The notes beneath the pieces were generated by a model. It saw only the letters and a program-made list of their open reading frames with translations, was not told the DNA's origin and ran no database searches. A program made the position numbers and the translations under genes. Below are positions 37,961-50,639 of a stretch of 64,000 nt of DNA, in pieces (the stretch's first letter is position 1; each line of letters begins with the position of its first letter). This DNA comes from Sphaerodactylus townsendi (taxonomy: Eukaryota): assembly GCF_021028975.2 (NCBI RefSeq), contig NC_059433.1, forward strand, positions 2,480,001 through 2,544,000. Direction: 5' to 3'.

Positions 37961-38720
37961 TAGCAGAACAGAGGGATTCAAAGGGCCATTGCACTGGGCA
38001 ACCCTCAGGAACTTTTGGGAGGGCACAGACTTGTAAGACATCACTTCCTGTTTTGTGAGGGAAAGGAGCTGGAAAGCTTTAAGAAAGCAGTGAGGGGAAG
38101 TAAACAGGGCTGAGCCACAAAGGAATTAGAAATGTTGAAACAGAAATTGGACAGTGATGACAGAGGAAGCAGAGGAATGATAGGTTTGGGGGGGGGGTGC
38201 TGTCAGCTGCCTTATGGCCACCCCTAGTAAGCATTTCAATGCAAGATATAGCAGAGATGGTTTGCTGTTTCCTCTGTGTCACATCCCTGGAGGCCTCCCA
38301 TACAAATACTTGCTAGGGTCAAGTCTGAGAATGTATGACTGGTCCAAGGTCACACAGCAAGCTTCCATGGCAGAGAGGGGATTCTCAGATCCTAGTCTGA
38401 CCTTCTAACCACTTCACCATGCCGACTCTCACTCCAGGGAGATGGGAAACAGGAAATAAAAGCCTGTCAGATGGCTGCATCGCCTTGGTACGACTTCAAG
38501 GGAAACTGGTCCAACAGATATCTCTGGAAAAGAGACCATTTAGAATCTGGCTTTCATGTGGCAAATGCAACATGTGGCTAAATTCTACAGCCTGAACTTG
38601 CTATGACCTTGGAAGTAACATTCCTCAAATCCCCAACACAAGATCCACTGAGATCAGCAATATAGGGAAAAGTGAGACTTTTGATTAATAATAATGACAC
38701 TAAAGATTTAACTTCATAAT

Positions 38721-38871
38721 GGCTCCTTCCACACATGCAGAATAATGCACATTCAATCCACTTTCACAATTGTTTGCAAGTGGATTTTGCTATTCCGCAC
38801 AGTAAAATCCAGCTGCAAAGTGCATTGAAAATGGATTGAAAATGCATTATTCTACACGTGCGGAAGGGGCC
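38721..38871. mobile_element. Palindromic PIF/Harbinger-like MITE
   Basis: Long TIRs ggctccttccacacatgcagaataatgca / tgcattattctacacgtgcggaaggggcc. Confidence 0.75.
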
Positions 38872-39089
38872 TTTGATGCTTAATCGCCAAGTGCTGAAGT
38901 TTAGGGTTTAAGTGTTAATTTCTGATGCAGAAGAAACTGGAAGTCTTTATGAAATCAGTACTTTATAATTTGGTGAATTTTTGTTTTTGTGCATGTTTTG
39001 GATTTTTATTTTGAAGTACAAATATAAAAGATGTTATTAACAAAAACTTGTCCTAGGGCACTCCTGCCATGGGCAGCTTTGGGCACTGG

Positions 39090-39255
39090 TTATGTCTGTG
39101 CCATTAAATTGCAGGTGATTTATGGCAAACCCAGCAAAGGCTTTCAAAGCAAGTGAGAAGCAGAGCCTTCCTCTACAGAGTCTTCCTCAGGTGTCCACCC
39201 TGCTTAGCTTCCAAGATCTGATGTGATCAGGCTACACCTACTGCCATTCCCTATC
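39090..39255 (-). mobile_element. 5S rRNA-derived SINE (SINE3-type), degraded
   Basis: Reverse complement contains tcagatcttggaagctaagcaggg (5S box A region) plus RTE-like tail. Confidence 0.6.
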
Positions 39256-40821
39256 CCTAGCACTGATTACATTAGAAATTTATGTTTGTACATTTAAATG
39301 ATTGTTTCATGAGGTCCCAGGAGGCTTGTATGCTAATTTTCCATACCAGATACTTCCATTAGCAGCAGAAGGGGAGGGCATCTTTTGCTGATTTTTCCCA
39401 CAAACTCCATCCCTCTATGGCTTTCCTGCGGGGGGAGGGCATACTCCCCCACAGGGGCCAAATCTAGCTGGAGGGGGAAGGTGGGAAAGTTGTTGGTTAT
39501 GAAGCACAGTATCAATTCCACTGTGTTGGATCCTGGCCATATTTTCTTTGGAAAAGCTGAGATAAAATTCAACCAATGTACTAAACAGTTGGTGGAAAGG
39601 TTAAAGGTAACATCTAGACAGACAGTAAGATGTTTTTGATGAGTCTCTCCACCAGTTAATGTTTGCATTTTGCCATTTTTCATTCTTTTCTAGCAGGCTG
39701 TAAGGCATTTAGAGGTATCTGCCCTCACCCCCCGCCCCCATCCCCAATACACCACAGAGGAAAGGACCGTTCCCTGATCTGCTGCCCAAGATATTCTCAC
39801 TGGAATAAACAGTAGCTCATTCTTTCATTGGTTTTAGACACAGTGCCCAAGATTCAAGACAGAGATTAAAGTTAATTGAGCAACTCGGATTAAAGGATTT
39901 AAATATGATTAAAATGTGACAGGAATTTGACACAAACTGAATATCAGGCTAAACCATATGTAAAAATTAAAAGGCCATTAAAATGCTCAGTTTGCTTCCC
40001 TGACACTAACAAATGAAAATATTGGGAAAAGAGAACTGCAACCTGTCAGAGAGGAAAGGAAGGGAAAAATTGCAAGCGCTGTCATAGTAATGGCATTTCT
40101 CTGTGATATTTCAATATATCTGCAAAGTCTAAACCCTGGATTTCTGCCAACTGACCTCATCATTCTAACTTATCTTGACAGAATATGGAAACAGTCTGAG
40201 GGAGAAGTTGAACTTCTGATGCACTTGGCACTTCCCGGACTGAATGCACAGCCTCGATCCCTTAACCTTTGTCTTTATTCCCACCTCTGTCCTTTTAATA
40301 CTAATTAAGATTACTATGCCTTCATTTATGACCTTTCTCTACTCCAACAAGGAGCTCAGAACTGCAGAAGAAAAAATGTGAACGCACCCAGCAGAAACAA
40401 AGGCATGACCCACTGAAAGCTGGGCACATTTAATATCTCCACTGATCTTGCTGGGCAGGTTCAGAAACACTCCTATTAAAATGAATGGGGCTTCAGGCTG
40501 AAATATCACTAATACTTGGGTGCCCTACCGCATCCCAACAAATCTTCATTAAATCAGGATGCTAGCATGCTTAAATGATGGGAGAGTATTTTTATTCTCC
40601 AAGATGCTCAGGAGGGCTCTGATCTCCCCACTTTATCCTCACACCAAGTCTGAGGAAGCCTAACTCGGTGGAAGTCACCCAGTGAGTATGATTTGCTTCT
40701 CAAGGCATTTGAGATTAACCAAGCATACTTGGGGTGCAGTATATAATAGAGTGCTAGATGCACTTTATAATTAAATTGATATAAAGAAAACCAAAGGAAA
40801 AAGGCTTCCCTAATTCTAACC

Positions 40822-41045
40822 ATGGTGTGGTATAGTGGTTAAGGTGTTGGACTAGGATCTGGGAAACCCCAGTTCAAATCCCCACTGGGGGACCTTGGCC
40901 CTGAGTAGTGGATTGAGTGGAGACCTCCAAGGAATACCAGGAGCATGACACAGAGGCAGGCCATGGTAAAATGCCTCAGAATCTCTCTTGCCTTTGAAAA
41001 ACCCTACGTGGCTGCCGTTAAGTCAGCTGTAACTTGATGGCAACC
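40822..41045 (+). mobile_element. tRNA-SINE head fused to 5S-SINE 3' part
   Basis: tggtatagtggttaag...gttcaaatcc, then ggagacc..ggaatacc..ctcttgcctttgaaaaccct tail. Confidence 0.5.
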
Positions 41046-41609
41046 CCCCCATAAAACTAACTTCTGATTCCTTTGTGTCTCAGCCCTGTTCACTTTCCCT
41101 CACTGCCTTTCTAGTGAGGCCTTGCCAGGTTCTTTCCCTCACATTCCCTGTCTTTTCTGCACTTCCATTTCCCAACCGACTCTCCAAGTGTCAGAATAAC
41201 ATTTCCAGTTTTTTGAGTTTCTACCAGCTCCAGTTGACCAACCTGACCTATCACAGAATAACCAACCAATAACCCTTTGAGTTCTGACCTCTTCTCATTA
41301 TCTCCCCTGATGTTTCCCCTATTTCTTTAAAAACAAGCATATTTCACCAACTATCACAAGCTCCATGTCAGAAGGGGGATATGAAACTCCTCCTTCTATT
41401 CCATAGTCCAACGTGCTGGCTGGCTGCAGTTTCCCCACATGTGGCTGGTCCTGTCCTCAGCAACAAACGCCATAATGAGCAACTACTGCCTGGTCTGGCC
41501 TCCTGATCTTGTCAGGTCTCCACAGTTGGCCAGGGCAGCAGTGGGCTGATTGCTTGTCTTGAAAGGCCCTTACTCTGGTCTCTCTAAAACTTAGCTGCTG
41601 AGGCAATAG

Positions 41610-43665
41610 TCACAAGCCTTTATTGGCATAAAATAAACATACAAAATCAGCATACAAAATTTGCCCATTATTGCTCACAATTATAGACACTGGTACTAAA
41701 ATACTAAATACTAAAATATATACATGGTCCTTCTGTAACTATAGGACATTCCTTCAGCTAAGTTAACTCACTTAAACGTCATCGGATACTGACAGAAGCT
41801 AGCAAATTTACTGCTGGCTATATGTGGTCATAATACATAGACATTGGTTGGTATTCATCTAGACTTACGTCTATTATTGTTAGCAGAAATTTTGCTACAT
41901 TCTCACCCACTGTGGGATCCATGTTGTTCAAAAGCATAGGTATCTTAAGAGCATCAGTTAGATTGTTATACAGAAATGGGATAAGTGCAGATTGTGACAT
42001 TCTGATTTTTGCAAACCTTACACAATGAAAGAGGGTATGATCGAGTGTCTCCACCTGACCCATATTGCATGGACATAGCCTCCTCTGTTTATCAATTTGT
42101 TGATATTTATTTATTTATTTATGCTTCAAATTTCTATCCCGCCCCGTCCCCGAAGGGCAGCATAGAGCAGCATAGAAGGCATTAGATTGAATCTGGCCAG
42201 TGTTAAAGCTCTTCTTAATTTAGGGTTGGTGATCCACTGTAAATAATTGGCCATGTGTCCTTGTTCAATTGGAATAAGCAGGGTCAGGGGGGAACACCGT
42301 TTTTCCTGCGCTAGCTGTTATCATATCCCGATACTCTTGTTCCTAATAGCTTAGATTTTTTCGAAGCTTACAGCTATATATGCTTCTGATAGGGGAAAAG
42401 AGGGACTAACGACTCTAATAGAAAAGCCAAGAGTGTTACGATTTTTTCCCTCAACTAGTTTCAGCCACCTAGAATTTTTTGCATAGTCCGGATTGGAAAG
42501 CATGAGGTGTAACAAACTGGAGTGATCCTGCAAATAGATGGATCACATTAGCCAGTATCTGACAGTTCTCAACCAGGCCGTAAATCGTGGCATATGATAT
42601 TTGCCCGAGTTCTAAACATAAGGGCTGCATATGAAGCACAAATTTGAGTAGAAGCCCATAATTTTGTGGAAGAAAGCGCGGGACTGGAGCTGCAATGTTT
42701 ATATTTTTTGTTTATAGCTCCCGATCCAAATAGGTGCTCCATAGAGGAGCTGAGAGCAGCATTTAGCATTTGAACACGCTGTCAATGCGGATTGGGTATA
42801 TACTGGTGGCCCACAGTGAATTGAAAAGCGCTGAATTAGCGCTAGGGCACTGTTGTTAGCTGCAGCGAGGTGCTAATTTCCTATGTACTGCCCAATTAAG
42901 GTTGCTAGTAAGAGTTATGCCCAGAAATATTTGAACTGGTTAACTTGTTCTATGGGTCTGTTATTGATGAGTCCATGTATGACTAGGGGGTCTTCTAGCG
43001 AAGACCAATATTTACTGGTTTTTTCATAGTTAATTACCAGTTCGTTCACTCTTACAATATTCCAGCACAGCAATTTAAGAGAGCAGAGTGAGACCAACTG
43101 TAGTAGTGTGGGAAGAAAGAAGCGATTGTCGTCAGCATACAATGTATACAATGCTTGGGAATTGCGATGTTTGAGTGCTTGGATTTGGGAACATGCCCAT
43201 TGGCCTTCTGGAGGGTTGGCACTAGATCACTAAGGAATATATTGAACAAAGTGGGGGCCAATGTACAGCCTTGTTTGACCCCTCTGGTTGTGATGATATT
43301 TTCTGTGAGCGGTCCTTTTGTTGCGGCTCTTATTCTGCAGCTAGTGCAAGTGTGTAGCTGTTTTATAAGAAACAGTAGTCTGGGGTCCATGTGTAACGCT
43401 GTCAATTTTCTCCACAGTAGGGCTCTAGATATGGAGTCAAATGCCCCTTTTAAATCCAGGAAGGCTGCAAACAGTTTACGGTTATTATGAGTTATACTTT
43501 TGTTAGCTAAGTGTGCTAAAACTGTTACATGATCCAGTGTTGATTTATTTTTAGTGAATCCAATTTGCTCCGGTCCTATTACTTCTGCTTGCTTGACCCA
43601 ATCTTCCACTCTCCTAAGGAGTAGTTTTGCATATAGTTTGCCAATTACAGATAATAGGCTTATAG
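41610..43665 (-). mobile_element. RTE-X-like LINE, RT to 3' end
   Basis: FLDLKGAFDSISR, GVKQGCTLAP, YADD, CPCNMGQVETLDHTLFHC; ends atgccaataaagg. Confidence 0.85.
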
Positions 43666-43892
43666 GAAACTTAGCTGCTATTTGATGACACTTATGAAGT
43701 TAAAGCAATGAGGAAAAGAATAACAGCAGCAGCTGAGATTTCAAGGCCAATGATCAGAAATCAGGAAAAGCACTTGGGAGCAGGAAGGTGATCCAACAGT
43801 GATGAATGAAAAGAGAGAATGCCCAGCTCCTTTTTGTAACTGTTCCCCCTTCATTATGAGTCACATTCTCACCTTCTCATCTGAGGGATGAC

Positions 43893-45460
43893 ATACATAA
43901 GCCTTTATTGGCATAGTCAGAAACAAATACATAAATCAGGAGCAAATGCATGAATACATGATAGATAAAAAGGCCCCACGGGGAGCACAACAAGTACATT
44001 CTACTGAGAACTCTCAACTATCTCCACAATGAAACTGGCGACCTCTTCACAAAGACCAGGGTCCGAGTTGTTTAACAATAGAGATAACCTAGTCAGATCA
44101 GGCAGCCCAGATTGGAAGAAAAAATGTAAGTTGGTATAATTAAATCTGATGTTATCAAATCTGGTGCAGTGCAAGAGTTGAAGGTGAGTCGAGGGTTTTC
44201 AACCATACTAAGTTTGCAACTGCATGAAGCCTTGCAGATTTTTTCTAAATTCGCTTGGGAGACCTACCCTTTAATAGGGCAGAGGGCATAACATTAAATT
44301 GCACAATGGTAAGGGCTCTCCTTGCACATGGGTTCATTAAAGGCTATATGGAGGTAGTAGGCCATACGTCTCTGCTCAAATGGAATTAAGAGTTGTGTTG
44401 GAGAGCAGGTTCGTTTGGCTGCTAGATGTAAATTTGCAAATTCTAGATCTAAAAGCCGATCTCTGAGCCTACTGTACGCTTCTGAACTGGACATTAGGTA
44501 GAGTGATTCAATAGGCAGGCCGATGGAAATAATCTTTCTCTTGATTAGAGAAAACCAGGGATTAGCCTGCGTATCCTGTAGTGTCAATGAGACAAGGGAG
44601 CGTTCGGATGGCAGGTAGTGAAGGCGGAGCCAAAATCTGAAGGCTCTAAGCCAAGCTTTATGTTCCAGCGTGTTTTGCCCCAGTTCTAGACACAGGGCTG
44701 CGTAAGGGACGCTGTTTGGAACTCCCATTACTTGGTGGAAAAACCTGGATTGGGGGACATTCAGAGCTTGGTTCACTACTTGGATCCAGATGGGGACCCC
44801 ATAGAGTAGTTGGGATTCAACCTTTGAATTGAAGATCTTTAATGCAGCCAGAATGAATGAGTGCCCTCTACTATAAAAGAATCGAAGGATTCCAGAGATA
44901 CTGGGAGAAGACAGGGTGAATGCTGCCTTTTGGTGCAAGGACCAGGAAAGATTGTGTGAAAAGGTGATGCCAAGGTATTTAAAACAATGAACTTGCTGAA
45001 GAAGAACATTGTTTAGTTTCCATAAATATGTTTTGCGGGATCTAGCAAAAACCATGATTTGGGTTTTCTGATAGTTAATTGTTAATTTGTTGGTGCTGCA
45101 GTACTCAGAAAATTGTTTCATGAGCCGCCTTAGACCCACCCTGGAATGTGATAGCAGGATAAAGTCAGCCGCGTAGAGCAGGGTTGATAAAAAATGTGAG
45201 GAGAGCTTGGGAGCGTGGAAGTTGGGACCTGTCAGAAGTGAGGGGAGGTCACCCAAATAAAGATTAAAAAGAGTGGGGGCCAACATGCATCCCTGCTTAA
45301 CTCCTTTGTTAGCCTCTATGGGGTCAGTAAGAAGGCCTTCCTGAGAGCACTTAATACGACAGCTGGTGCTCGAATAGATTTACCTTATGAGGAAGAGAAG
45401 TCTATCCTCAATACCAAGAGCAGCAAGCTTGGCCCAGAGAAGTTCTCTGGCTGAGGGATG
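43893..45460 (-). mobile_element. RTE-X-like LINE, RT to 3' end (another subfamily)
   Basis: ORF 44294-45286 LAPTLFN, YAAD, KYLGI, LYGVPIW; ends atgccaataaagg. Confidence 0.85.
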
Positions 45461-45635
45461 AAGAGTTCTTTGTAATTTAAGGCAGGCAAAGAGGCAACTC
45501 CCAGCAGAATCCTTAACACTTTAGGTTTTATTCTTCTGCCCCTTACGTGCCCTTGCCCTACCTTCTCCTCCATCTCTGTTCCTCTTCTGCTCTAATTTCT
45601 CCCTTCAGCCTAGAGACTCTGATTGGCTCAGTGAC

Positions 45636-46159
45636 CAAAGGTGTATCTAGGGTGGTGCAAACCAGGACTGGTGCCCAAGGTGCTGCTTGAGGGGGACACC
45701 AGGCAGCCCACAGCCCCCCACTCCAGAAACCCTGCTTCACACCAAACTGTGCCCCACTCCCAAACATGGAGTTCGAGGTGGGGTGCTCAGTTCAAGGCTG
45801 GGCCCAAGTCCAGTGTTCAACTGTGTACCCTGCCCTGAACTCCACATGGAGTAGCAGGTGGGTGCAGTTCAAGGCTGGATTCAGACAGATCTAGCTTTAA
45901 ACTGTAGGTTGTGCCTCAAAGCCTGCAGTTTATAGCTGGACCCAGCCATGTGGAGGCAAGCTTTGAGCACCAGGTTCTGCCCTGGATGGGTCCAGCTTTA
46001 CACAGCAGGCTCCACCTTTGAAGTCCATGTGGTGCCAACATTTGGAGGTGGTGCCAACATTTAGAGGTGGAACTGGCCCACCCCAGCCTTGAACTGTGCT
46101 GGCAGAACAATGTCAGGCAGTGCTTCCCCTAGGCACCACCTTTAGCAGGTACACCTCTG
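45636..46159. mobile_element. Non-autonomous hAT element with internal repeats
   Basis: TIRs caaaggtgtatct / aggtacacctctg; TSD tcagtgac / tcagagac (7 of 8 match). Confidence 0.7.
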
Positions 46160-46313
46160 TCAGAGACAGGCTATGGGCTTCCTACTTGGAGCAAACTTCT
46201 AAACTTTGACAATGAAATAACCTGTGTAACAGCTGTTAAAACACAACAGAGGTCTACATGGGCAGGTGTCCCCCAGAACTACTTACAGAGACCTCTTGTG
46301 GTGGTTCTTTGTG

Positions 46314-46373
46314 TGATTACCAGTGCAGGGATCTGACCACATTTGATTACCAGTGCAGGGATCTGACCACATT
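46314..46373. repeat. Perfect 30-bp tandem duplication
   Basis: tgattaccagtgcagggatctgaccacatt x2. Confidence 0.95.
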
Positions 46374-47022
46374 TACATAAAAATAGAAACAAAAATGGTG
46401 CATGGAAAATCTGTTTATTGCACCTTTCAGACAACATGACAAGGGGAAGGGGGGTTATCATGAAAACCATGGCTAGCATGCACTGTTGACATCATGGCTG
46501 ATGTACTCCCAATTGTGTCTGAAAAAGCTGTTCTCCTCAGAAGATACTTCAAAAATGCAAAGGATGACATGAGCTATGGAGGAACTGGCTACATCACATC
46601 TGTAAAATGTACAGCATTTAGTGTTTCACAGACTGACTTGCAAAGGGTCCAATTATCTTTGGGTTAAATATATAGGACTGTTCATGTTTGGGGGGGGGTA
46701 TTTTATGCTGACCATTTTAACTCTGTTTGATTTATTGTGCGCTAAACAAAAATCATTCTAAAAGTTTCAGCACCTTGTCTTGACTTTTCAGTGTGTTTAC
46801 TGACTTGTGTGATTGAGTGTTCCAGAAAGTGATGATCCAGACGCAGCATGTGACCATATGCTTTGCACATTTTATAAAAAACACAGTATTGAGTGCTCCT
46901 GCCTCTTGTCATGAAATGCAAACCTTACAAATAAAATATTGAGCATGAAACACAGCATACACCTTTTCTGTACCTCTGGTTGACTAAAAAAAGGGGGACG
47001 AATCCCAAATTGTAGGACATTG

Positions 47023-48195
47023 CAGGAATTCTCTGATTTTTTTCCTTATATTGTTCAGTATTCATGATTACTGTGGCATTTCCCTTGTCCGCTGGAAGTA
47101 CGATGATTTCTGGATCTGAGCTGAGATTCTAAATGGCATTTCTCCTGTATCCCACAACATACCAAAAACTGAAACAAGGCCTAACCAAGGAAATCACTCA
47201 CCAAACCATCACATTGATTAAGAACTCCTCCATTCAACCACACACACCGACTCTGCAAGTCAGAAGCTCTTTCACCCCGTTTATATGGACTCCCAAAAAT
47301 TCACAAGGACTCCATCCCACTCAGACCTATTGTTAGTGCGATTGGGTCCCCCACATATGAACTAGCAAAATTCTTGACTTCACAGTTACAAAGCCACATT
47401 GGACACACAACACACTATGTTAAAGACACAGCCCACTTCATTGAAAAAAATAGCAATCTCCATTTCAACCCTAGTGACAGACTTATCAGCTTCGATGTTG
47501 TCTCAATGTTTACAAAAGTTCCAGTGAAAGACACACTCGCGCTCATCGGCCAGATTTTTCCAGACAACATCACAGCTTTGCTTCAACACTGCCTAACAAC
47601 CAGCTACTTCCAATGGGACAATGATTACTATGAGCAGACAGATGGGGTAGCCATGGGAAGCCCCCTCAGCCTGGTGATAGCCAATTTTTACATGAAACAT
47701 TTTGAGAAACAAGCCCTCAAAACAGCACCCAGGAAATCCGCAACTTAGTTCTGATTGGTGGATGACACTTTTACAATCTGGAGCCATGGCAGGGAGGAAC
47801 GGCTGAATTTTCTGGACCGCCTTAACAGCATCCACCTCAACATCCAATTTACCATGGAAATTGAAAAAGAAGGGAAATTGCCTTTTTTTAGATGTCTTGG
47901 TCTTTCACAGGCCCCAACCATTAACTGGGCCACCCAGTATACAGAAAACCACCACCACCACCCCGACCGGTATCGACATAAAAACTCCAATCATCATCCA
48001 CAACAGAAAAGAGGCATAATCAAAACTCTGACAGATTATGCAAAATGAATTTGTGAACCTCACCTCCTCCCTGATGAAATCAATCATCCAGACACGGCTC
48101 TGCAGGCTAATGGCTACTGCACAACAGAAATCAGAAGAGCTTTAAGACCAAGAGAAACCCAGAGGAGAAACAGCCCACCACAGGAAAAATATTTC
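47023..48195 (+). mobile_element. Penelope-like element (Poseidon-type RT) with inverted 5' segment
   Basis: YGLPKIHK, LRPIVS, SFDVVSMFT, GVAMGSPLS, VDDTF on plus strand; LPADKGNATV on minus strand at 47023-47145; GIY-YIG domain absent. Confidence 0.9.
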
Positions 48196-48452
48196 AACTT
48201 TGTCCAAAAAGTTTACAGGCTTAGAATTAAATTGGACTGTTGGGGATAAAGAAACTTGCACTATCAAAACCGCCCTCACAGTCTGGCACCATTTCTTGGA
48301 GGGGGCGGAGCACCCTTTTCAAGTCTGGACTGATCATAAAAATCTGGCTTCACTCTGCACACCGGGTGGGCTCACAGCCAAGCAGATCCATTGGGCAGAT
48401 TTTTTTCAATCGTTTCCATTTTACAGTGCACTTTTCCCCGGGAAAATCAAAT
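48196..48452 (+). mobile_element. Gypsy RNase H fragment
   Basis: SKKF...NWTVGDKE...WHHFLEGA..PFQVWTDHKNL. Confidence 0.9.
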
Positions 48453-48786
48453 AAATAATAATAATAAAAACACGAGAAGGTCACTAGATACCATGATTTG
48501 AAAATCAAGCTTCAGCTTCTATGGCACAAACCAGCTGAGGTCGTCCCAGTGGTCATTGGCCTAATGGGCACCATCCAAAAACACTAGGGCAGCACTAGAA
48601 ACATCTTCAAATTGACAAAATTAGAATCTGTCAAATTCAGAAGGCAGCCCTGCTGGGATCTGCACAAGTACTGCGCTGATAAATTACAACTTCCTAGGCC
48701 TCTGGGTGAGGTTCCAATTGTAATGAAGGCAAACAACCAGCTAAAGATCTAGCAGCTGTGAAATCTACCATAATAATAATAATAAT
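48453..48786 (+). mobile_element. Dong/R4-clade non-LTR element 3' end in (TAA)n
   Basis: EKVTRYHDL...LWHK.AEVVPVVIG..G...QKAALLGSA..LR (restriction-like endonuclease C-terminus); (TAA)n on both sides. Confidence 0.8.
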
Positions 48787-49394
48787 CCATGATGGCACAA
48801 TTTTCTTGCACACTATACTTCTTTCTTTTGCATGGTTGGTCCTCTTGTAGCCCACTTGTCAACACATGCCCAGGGACCCCAGCATGCGACGTGGCTCTTG
48901 TTAACTGTGCGACGACTGATGTGGTATGGAATAATTTTTCATTTGCATCACCATGTTGTATGGGTTGGTGGACACTCTTAGTCTGGTTTCTCAGTTGAGA
49001 CCTGTCTGGCATGGGAGCCCCTTCTAGTAGAATACACTACCTCCAGCATAGCTCTCAATGTCATCAAAGCAGATCTGNNNNNNNNNNNNNNNNNNNNNNN
49101 NNNNNNNNNNNNNNNNNNNNNNNNNNNNNNNNNNNNNNNNNNNNNNNNNNNNNNNNNNNNNNNNNNNNNNNNNNNNNNNNNNNNNNNNNNNNNNNNNNNN
49201 NNNNNNNNNNNNNNNNNNNNNNNNNNNNNNCAATCCATAATAATAAAGTCCCATCTAGCTGCATCCACTGTGGTGTGGCGGTTAAGAACAGGAGATTCCA
49301 GTCTGGTGAACAAAATTTGATTCCCCACTTGTGCACATTCTACTATTACACTACTCTACCCTACTGCTACAATTTAAGGGTGCCAAAAGACCTG

Positions 49395-49597
49395 ACCTGG
49401 AAAGCCCAGACTGGCCTGATGTCATCAGATCTTGGAAGCAAATTAGGGCTAGCCCTGGTAACTATTTGGATAAGAGACCATCAAAGAAGTCTAGGATCGC
49501 TATGCTCAGACAGACAATGGCAAACCATCTCCGAACATCTCTTGCCTTGAAAACCTCATTCATTATGATGTTGGCTGCAACTTGATAGCACTTTCCA
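49395..49597 (+). mobile_element. 5S rRNA-derived SINE with RTE-like tail
   Basis: gcctgatgtcatcagatcttggaagc...ccctggta..tttggataagagacc resembles the 5S internal promoter; tail caatggcaaacca...cttgccttgaaaacc. Confidence 0.7.
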
Positions 49598-50639
49598 TTA
49601 GGCAGCGATGCAAAATAGAAGAAAACCACAACCATATCTATTTTAATTTTTTCAGCGTTCATTTTGAACATCATATATAGGTTAAAGTTCACTATTAATT
49701 TTTCTGTATATTGAACGGAAAGTATCAAAGTCGTGGGTTGTCCCTTTGCTGGTCTGCCAAAGAACATCATCTGTGTTACATTTTGAGGAAAGTTTCATAG
49801 TGATGTGCAGTACCAGAATTGTTTTTGAGCCTGGAGCATTCCAATCTAATATGCATCAAATGGCCTCAGTCCACAAACATTGCTTTGAAACCTGCAGAGG
49901 CACGGCTGTATTTGGTAGCAAAATGACAGCATTTTTATGCTCTCTTTCAGACTTGCATCTAGAAATGCTGCTTGTCTCCATAGTGACACCTTGACAGGAT
50001 CCAGAGAAAACATTTCTGCTTCAGCAACTAATAGTTTTATCTCTTGAACAAAGCCACTCAATGAGAAATACACCAGAAATAGAAAAGCCATTCATTATGG
50101 TGCACAGCTCCTAGTGATATTCATTGAGTTGGGCTGTAATAAATGAGATTTAGCAGATAATTTAGAAATGTCAGATTAAAAACAAACCATTTCCACCCCC
50201 TCCCCAGACACCCACATTTGTTTAGGATGCTACATCCAGGGCTCATTTATGTTCTGATCTCAGATGAAATGCCTCAGGGAACAGCTTATTTCTCCTTCAG
50301 CGCGATTGAAAATTGCAGAGGGGGGCGGGGGCTTGATGTAGGAATTAAGCCTTAATTTGGTGGTGATACTTGCTTAGAAAGAGCTGACATTTCTATTGTT
50401 ACTCAAATGAGCATAAACCAAAGGGATTGCATGAATCAGAGAAATGACAGATGCCAAGTGTCCAAATGACAGACTCTTTCGGAGTCAAGCACCCACCAAC
50501 CTTTTATTTTGTTTATATCTCATCTTTCCCAACAGTAGAGCCCCAAAGCAACTTACATCATTCTCCTCTTCTGCATTTTATCCTCAGAAAAACCCTGGGA
50601 GACAGGTTAGGCTGAGAGTGTTTGACTGTTCGCACCAGG

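Noticed and set aside
34502-38044. Long overlapping Pro/Gly/Arg-rich ORFs at 34.5-35.3 kb and 37.4-38.0 kb
   Set aside because: A by-product of GC-rich repeat sequence open in many frames on both strands.
46314-46373. CRISPR-like 30-bp repeat (also the 54-bp repeat at 60370)
   Set aside because: Only two adjacent copies, no spacers or cas genes, and a vertebrate context.
49395-49500. 5S rRNA gene, and tRNA genes at 20719 and 40822
   Set aside because: Degenerate heads followed by SINE bodies and tails, not intact RNA genes.
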